Assembly: GCA_964480605.1 (NCBI GenBank)
Contig: CAYZPG010000002.1
Span: forward strand, 4,871-43,314
Reading direction: 5' to 3'
Source of the DNA: an uncultured Candidatus Saccharibacteria bacterium
GTDB lineage: Bacteria; Patescibacteriota; UBA1384; JACPKC01
DNA: 38,444 nucleotides
Shown here: positions 35,779 to 38,444 of the stretch, piece by piece
Position numbering within the stretch: the first letter of the stretch is position 1
Layout of the letters: each line of letters opens with the position of its first letter
Translations under genes and position numbers: made by a program
Notes under the pieces: generated by a model
The model's database searches: none
The model's input: the letters and a program-made list of their open reading frames with translations, nothing else
What the model was told of the DNA's origin: nothing

Positions 35779-36195
35779 TCAAATCGCTAACCCTCCGAGG
35801 TCGTCCGACGGCGTGACCGCCGCTGCCTGCTTGTCCCACTCAGCCTCGCTCCACAACTCAATCCGGTTGTAGACACCCGCCACCACCGTCGCATTCGTAA
35901 TGCCCGCGTACTCACGCAGGTGCGCCGGCAGGAGGATACGTCCCTGCTTATCGAACTCAACCTCTGCGGCGCCAGCGAGGAAAAACCGCGCAAACCGACG
36001 CGCCTTCGGATCCGACATTGGCAAGGCAGCGATCTTCGTCGCCAACGCGTCCCACTCTTCACGGGTGTAAACGGTCAAGCAAGTATCAACACCTCGGGTC
36101 ACAATCGCCCCACGCTCAAGTGCGCTGCGCATCCGGAATGGAATTGCCAGCCGCCCCTTCGTGTCCACATTGTGCCGATACTCACCTACAAACAT
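35779..36195 (-). CDS. mraZ: Transcriptional regulator MraZ
   Basis: MFVGEY.H..DTKGRLAIP and a second DKQGRILLP, giving the two DxxxR/SpoVT-AbrB-like halves. The ATG at 36195 follows CAGGAG. Confidence 0.92.
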   Translation of the reverse strand: MFVGEYRHNVDTKGRLAIPFRMRSALERGAIVTRGVDTCLTVYTREEWDALATKIAALPMSDPKARRFARFFLAGAAEVEFDKQGRILLPAHLREYAGITNATVVAGVYNRIELWSEAEWDKQAAAVTPSDDLGGLAI

Positions 36196-36215
36196 TGGGT
36201 CGTACTCCTGTTTGT

Positions 36216-36262
36216 CCCCAACTATCCTCGTTTTTCCCCACTTTTTTCCACATCTCACCACT
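36216..36262 (-). promoter_or_regulatory. Candidate MraZ operator: GTGG(N) direct repeats at 10-bp spacing
   Basis: The minus strand reads aaGTGGTgagatGTGGAaaaaaGTGGGGaaaaacgaggatagtTGGGGac. Three GTGG boxes are exactly 10 nt apart (plus-strand CCAC ending at 36241, 36251 and 36261), with a fourth TGGGG 20 nt further on. All lie between the candidate promoter and the mraZ ATG. Confidence 0.55.
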
Positions 36263-36275
36263 TCGCACAGGAATC

Positions 36276-36304
36276 ACTCTATCGATCCCTGATGGCGCCA
36301 TCAA
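36276..36304 (-). promoter_or_regulatory. Candidate sigma70-type promoter of the mraZ/dcw operon
   Basis: Minus strand: TTGATG (36304-36299), a 17-nt spacer, then TAGAGT (36281-36276). It lies downstream of the terminator at 36343-36372 and upstream of the GTGG repeats. Confidence 0.45.
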
Positions 36305-36342
36305 GTGGATAAGCCAAAATCAACCAAACCTACGGGGACAAT

Positions 36343-36372
36343 ACGAAGAAAACCAGGCTCAGTGGAGCCTGG
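36343..36372 (-). terminator. Intrinsic terminator after the GyrI-like gene
   Basis: Minus strand: CCAGGCTC-cact-GAGCCTGG followed by TTTTCTTCG. The 8-bp stem is perfect and starts about 30 nt after the stop at 36403. Confidence 0.6.
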
Positions 36373-36402
36373 TGGGGAGTTTGCGTTAGTTTGGAGACGA
36401 CG

Positions 36403-36861
36403 CTATCGGAGAGGCCAGTAGACCTCGGTCTGCCATTTGGCAGCGTTGTGCTGCACGCTCGGATCCGTGCTGTAGACTTCCCAACAAGCGCCAGCTGGCT
36501 GCCTCCCTTGCTTGGCAATCCAGGCCTTGATCGACTCGTGGACAGCATCAAGCTCGTCGTACCGGCCGACGTGCAGGCTCATGGCTGCCTCGCCACCAGG
36601 CAATGTCTCGTTGAGCGCCCGCTTCAAGGTCTGGACGGGCGCCTCAACAGGGAATCCGGCCTCAAGCGTGACCGAGTTGTCGCCGATCTTCGTATACCGT
36701 ACCACCGCTGGCCCCACTGGTTGCACCTCTACCTGCGCCAGCTCATCAGATACCACCTGCAATGCCTCACCCAGCATGGCCGGCAAATCATTGGCGGTCG
36801 CCTGCCGCTCCACAACCACGATTGGCTGCGGCTTGAGTCTCACGATATGAATATCGTCCAT
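36403..36861 (-). CDS. GyrI-like small-molecule-binding domain protein
   Basis: A ~150-aa protein with the duplicated beta-alpha-beta-beta layout typical of GyrI-like/AraC effector-binding domains (IVRLKPQPIVVVERQA...; GGEAAMSLHVGRYDELDAVHESIKAWIAKQG...CWEVY). The ATG at 36861 follows GAGGGGGG. Confidence 0.7.
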   Translation of the reverse strand: MDDIHIVRLKPQPIVVVERQATANDLPAMLGEALQVVSDELAQVEVQPVGPAVVRYTKIGDNSVTLEAGFPVEAPVQTLKRALNETLPGGEAAMSLHVGRYDELDAVHESIKAWIAKQGRQPAGACWEVYSTDPSVQHNAAKWQTEVYWPLR

Positions 36862-36926
36862 ACGCCCCCCTCTTTTCATGCACATCGTATCTTACGTCGC
36901 AAACGCGCATTCGTGAAGAGAGCTGA

Positions 36927-37670
36927 CTACGTACGCCGTGCTACGTTCTTGCTTGTAGCTAGATACTGTTGCCGCTCAGCGACGGGCAGTTTCTCAATCG
37001 CATACCGGAGCATCGTCCGGGGCATGTGCTGCGCGTGGCTGTCGAGAAAATCTCGCAGCACTCGCTCATCCTTCTTTCCAACCTCTCGGAGCATCCAGCC
37101 TGTCGCTTTCTGTATCAGGTCTTCCTTGTCATGAAGAAACTGTTCGGCGAGCTCGAGCGTGTCTGCAAACTGGCCAGCACGGATGAACGAAGCTGTTGCC
37201 AATATCGCTACTCGCCGCTCCCACAGGATCTCCGATTTGGCATACCTCCGCAGCACGGTACGCCGGTTCTTCTTAGGAAGCAGGTGGGCGCCAAGAATCT
37301 GCGGCGCAGAACTGTCGACGATATCCCAGTTATTGATGCCTTTGAGATGATCTACATAGAACGCCGCGATTTCGGCTTGGCGATCCGGATCATGCTTCGC
37401 CCGTTCATACTGCCGCACCAAGATAAGTGCCGCCGTCAGGCGATGCTCATGGATAGGACTCGCAAGGAGCGTTTCAATAGCAACCAACGGCACGGTCTCG
37501 AATTGCCGCGCCACCTTCCGCTGCTGAGGAACGCTCACGCCAATGAACTGGTCACCCTCGCCGTACTGCCCCTTCCCAGTCTTGAAGTACCAAGCCGAAG
37601 CCTTCGCCCGCTCGGGCGTGGCTATCTGAGCGAGGGCAGCCTTCACCGCCGCCGCACCCGCCGCTCCCAT
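36927..37670 (-). CDS. DNA alkylation repair protein (AlkD-like HEAT-repeat glycosylase family)
   Basis: ...RAKASAWYFKTGKGQYGEGDQFIGVSVPQQRKVARQ... and NNWDIVDSSAP (W-x3-D, as at the AlkD catalytic Trp/Asp). All-helical repeat composition. Starts 1 nt after the glyQS stop. Confidence 0.8.
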   Translation of the reverse strand: MGAAGAAAVKAALAQIATPERAKASAWYFKTGKGQYGEGDQFIGVSVPQQRKVARQFETVPLVAIETLLASPIHEHRLTAALILVRQYERAKHDPDRQAEIAAFYVDHLKGINNWDIVDSSAPQILGAHLLPKKNRRTVLRRYAKSEILWERRVAILATASFIRAGQFADTLELAEQFLHDKEDLIQKATGWMLREVGKKDERVLRDFLDSHAQHMPRTMLRYAIEKLPVAERQQYLATSKNVARRT

Positions 37671-37671
37671 G

Positions 37672-38444
37672 TTAGGCTTTCAGTGCCGCAAGGAGCTTGG
37701 CGGACAGATCGGCAATCTTCACCCGTTCCTGCTCAAGCGTATCCCGATGGCGGAGCGTCACGGTCTGGTCGGTTTGCGAATCAAAATCAACCGTGATGCA
37801 CCATGGCGTCCCAATTTCGTCTTGCCGACGGTAGCGGCGACCAATCGAACCGGATTCGTCGTACTGGATGAAACCGACGCCTGCCTCACGGAGCGAGCCC
37901 ACGATCTCCTTCGCGATCTCTGGCAGCTGCTCTTTCTTCACGAGCGGGAACACCGCAGCCGTGACCGGCGCAATCCGTGGATGGAGCTTCAGCATCATTT
38001 CCCCCGCCTCGCGTCCGTCCGTGCCATCGGCAATGTGAAGGCCGTCGACCAGTAGCATCAACATCGCCCGGTCCAACCCCAAGGCCGGCTCAATCACAAA
38101 CGGGACGAACTTCTCCTTCGCCGCTTCATCGAACCAGCTCAGATCCTTGCCGGAATGCTCCATGTGCTGCTTCAAGTCGAAATCGGTCCGATTGGCCAAG
38201 CCCCAGATCTCACCCCAACCGAACGGAAACTCGTACTCCAAATCAACGGTCCGCTTCGAGTAGTGCGACAGCTTCTCTTTGGGGTGCTCGTAGGCGCGCA
38301 GCTTCTCCTTTGTGACACCCAACCCCTCGAAGAACGCGAACATCGCATCCTTCCACTCCTCAAAGATCTGTTCGTCCGTGCCTGGTTTCACAAAGTACTC
38401 CAGCTCAGCTTGCTCGAGCTCCCGCAGACGGAAGATAAAGTTGC
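37672..38444 (-). CDS. glyQS: Glycine--tRNA ligase (dimeric class II type), C-terminal part; 5' end outside the window
   Basis: FPFGWGEIWGLANRTDFDLKQH, FVPFVIEPALGLDR, and an anticodon-binding domain LHPRIAPVTAAVFPLVKK...YDESGSIGRRYRRQDEIGTPWCITVD. The frame stays open to the window edge. Confidence 0.9.
   Translation of the reverse strand, partial: NFIFRLRELEQAELEYFVKPGTDEQIFEEWKDAMFAFFEGLGVTKEKLRAYEHPKEKLSHYSKRTVDLEYEFPFGWGEIWGLANRTDFDLKQHMEHSGKDLSWFDEAAKEKFVPFVIEPALGLDRAMLMLLVDGLHIADGTDGREAGEMMLKLHPRIAPVTAAVFPLVKKEQLPEIAKEIVGSLREAGVGFIQYDESGSIGRRYRRQDEIGTPWCITVDFDSQTDQTVTLRHRDTLEQERVKIADLSAKLLAALKA

Noticed and set aside
762-36885. Longer N-terminal extensions given by the ORF track for the M50 protease (762), tyrS (15308), ftsW (27687), murF (32718), ftsL-like (34742), rsmH (35715), mraZ (36261) and the GyrI-like gene (36885).
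   Set aside because: In each case an internal ATG with a purine-rich SD 5-9 nt upstream reproduces the canonical family N-terminus and removes long overlaps with the upstream gene. The extensions are non-conserved and Arg/Ser-rich.
36391-37796. Two long plus-strand ORFs (247 aa and 275 aa) antisense to the GyrI-like, AlkD-like and glyQS genes.
   Set aside because: Neither has motifs, both have biased composition, and the minus-strand genes have SD-preceded starts and family signatures.

Overview
This is a GC-rich, very tightly packed bacterial chromosomal segment. Most genes are separated by 0-15 nt or overlap, and several convergent pairs have no spacer at all. I found no transposase, integrase, CRISPR array or rRNA. 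The right half (23.2-36.3 kb, minus strand) is a division/cell-wall (dcw) cluster in the order mraZ, rsmH, ftsL-like, ftsI, murF, mraY, then murD, ftsW, murG, murC, ftsQ. A plus-strand class-III aminotransferase gene splits it between mraY and murD. The cluster has no murE, ddl, ftsA or ftsZ in this window, and it runs on into a PH-domain membrane protein, recJ and Mn-type sodA. Housekeeping genes fill most of the rest: rpmB, an M50 site-2 protease, tRNA-Pro(GGG), argS, tyrS, a class A PBP, radA, and a partial glyQS followed by an AlkD-like and a GyrI-like gene. The clearly accessory part is a co-directional three-gene block at 1689-12350. It encodes (i) a polytopic membrane protein with an extracytoplasmic Cache-like domain and no output domain, and (ii) a 2,203-aa N-terminally anchored mosaic surface protein. 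That protein has three copies of an unrecognised 4-Cys module, two copies of a second module, 9 tandem ~95-aa Ig-like repeats, a carboxypeptidase-regulatory-like domain and a thioredoxin-fold domain without CXXC. The block also encodes (iii) a bitopic protein with a PP2C-like domain that looks catalytically dead and a beta-propeller-like ectodomain. This block is my best candidate for an undescribed envelope sensing/adhesion system. All family assignments rest on motifs read by eye; no database search was possible. Lineage cannot be determined from this window. The compactness and reduced dcw cluster would fit a reduced-genome bacterium such as Patescibacteria/CPR, but that is a guess.
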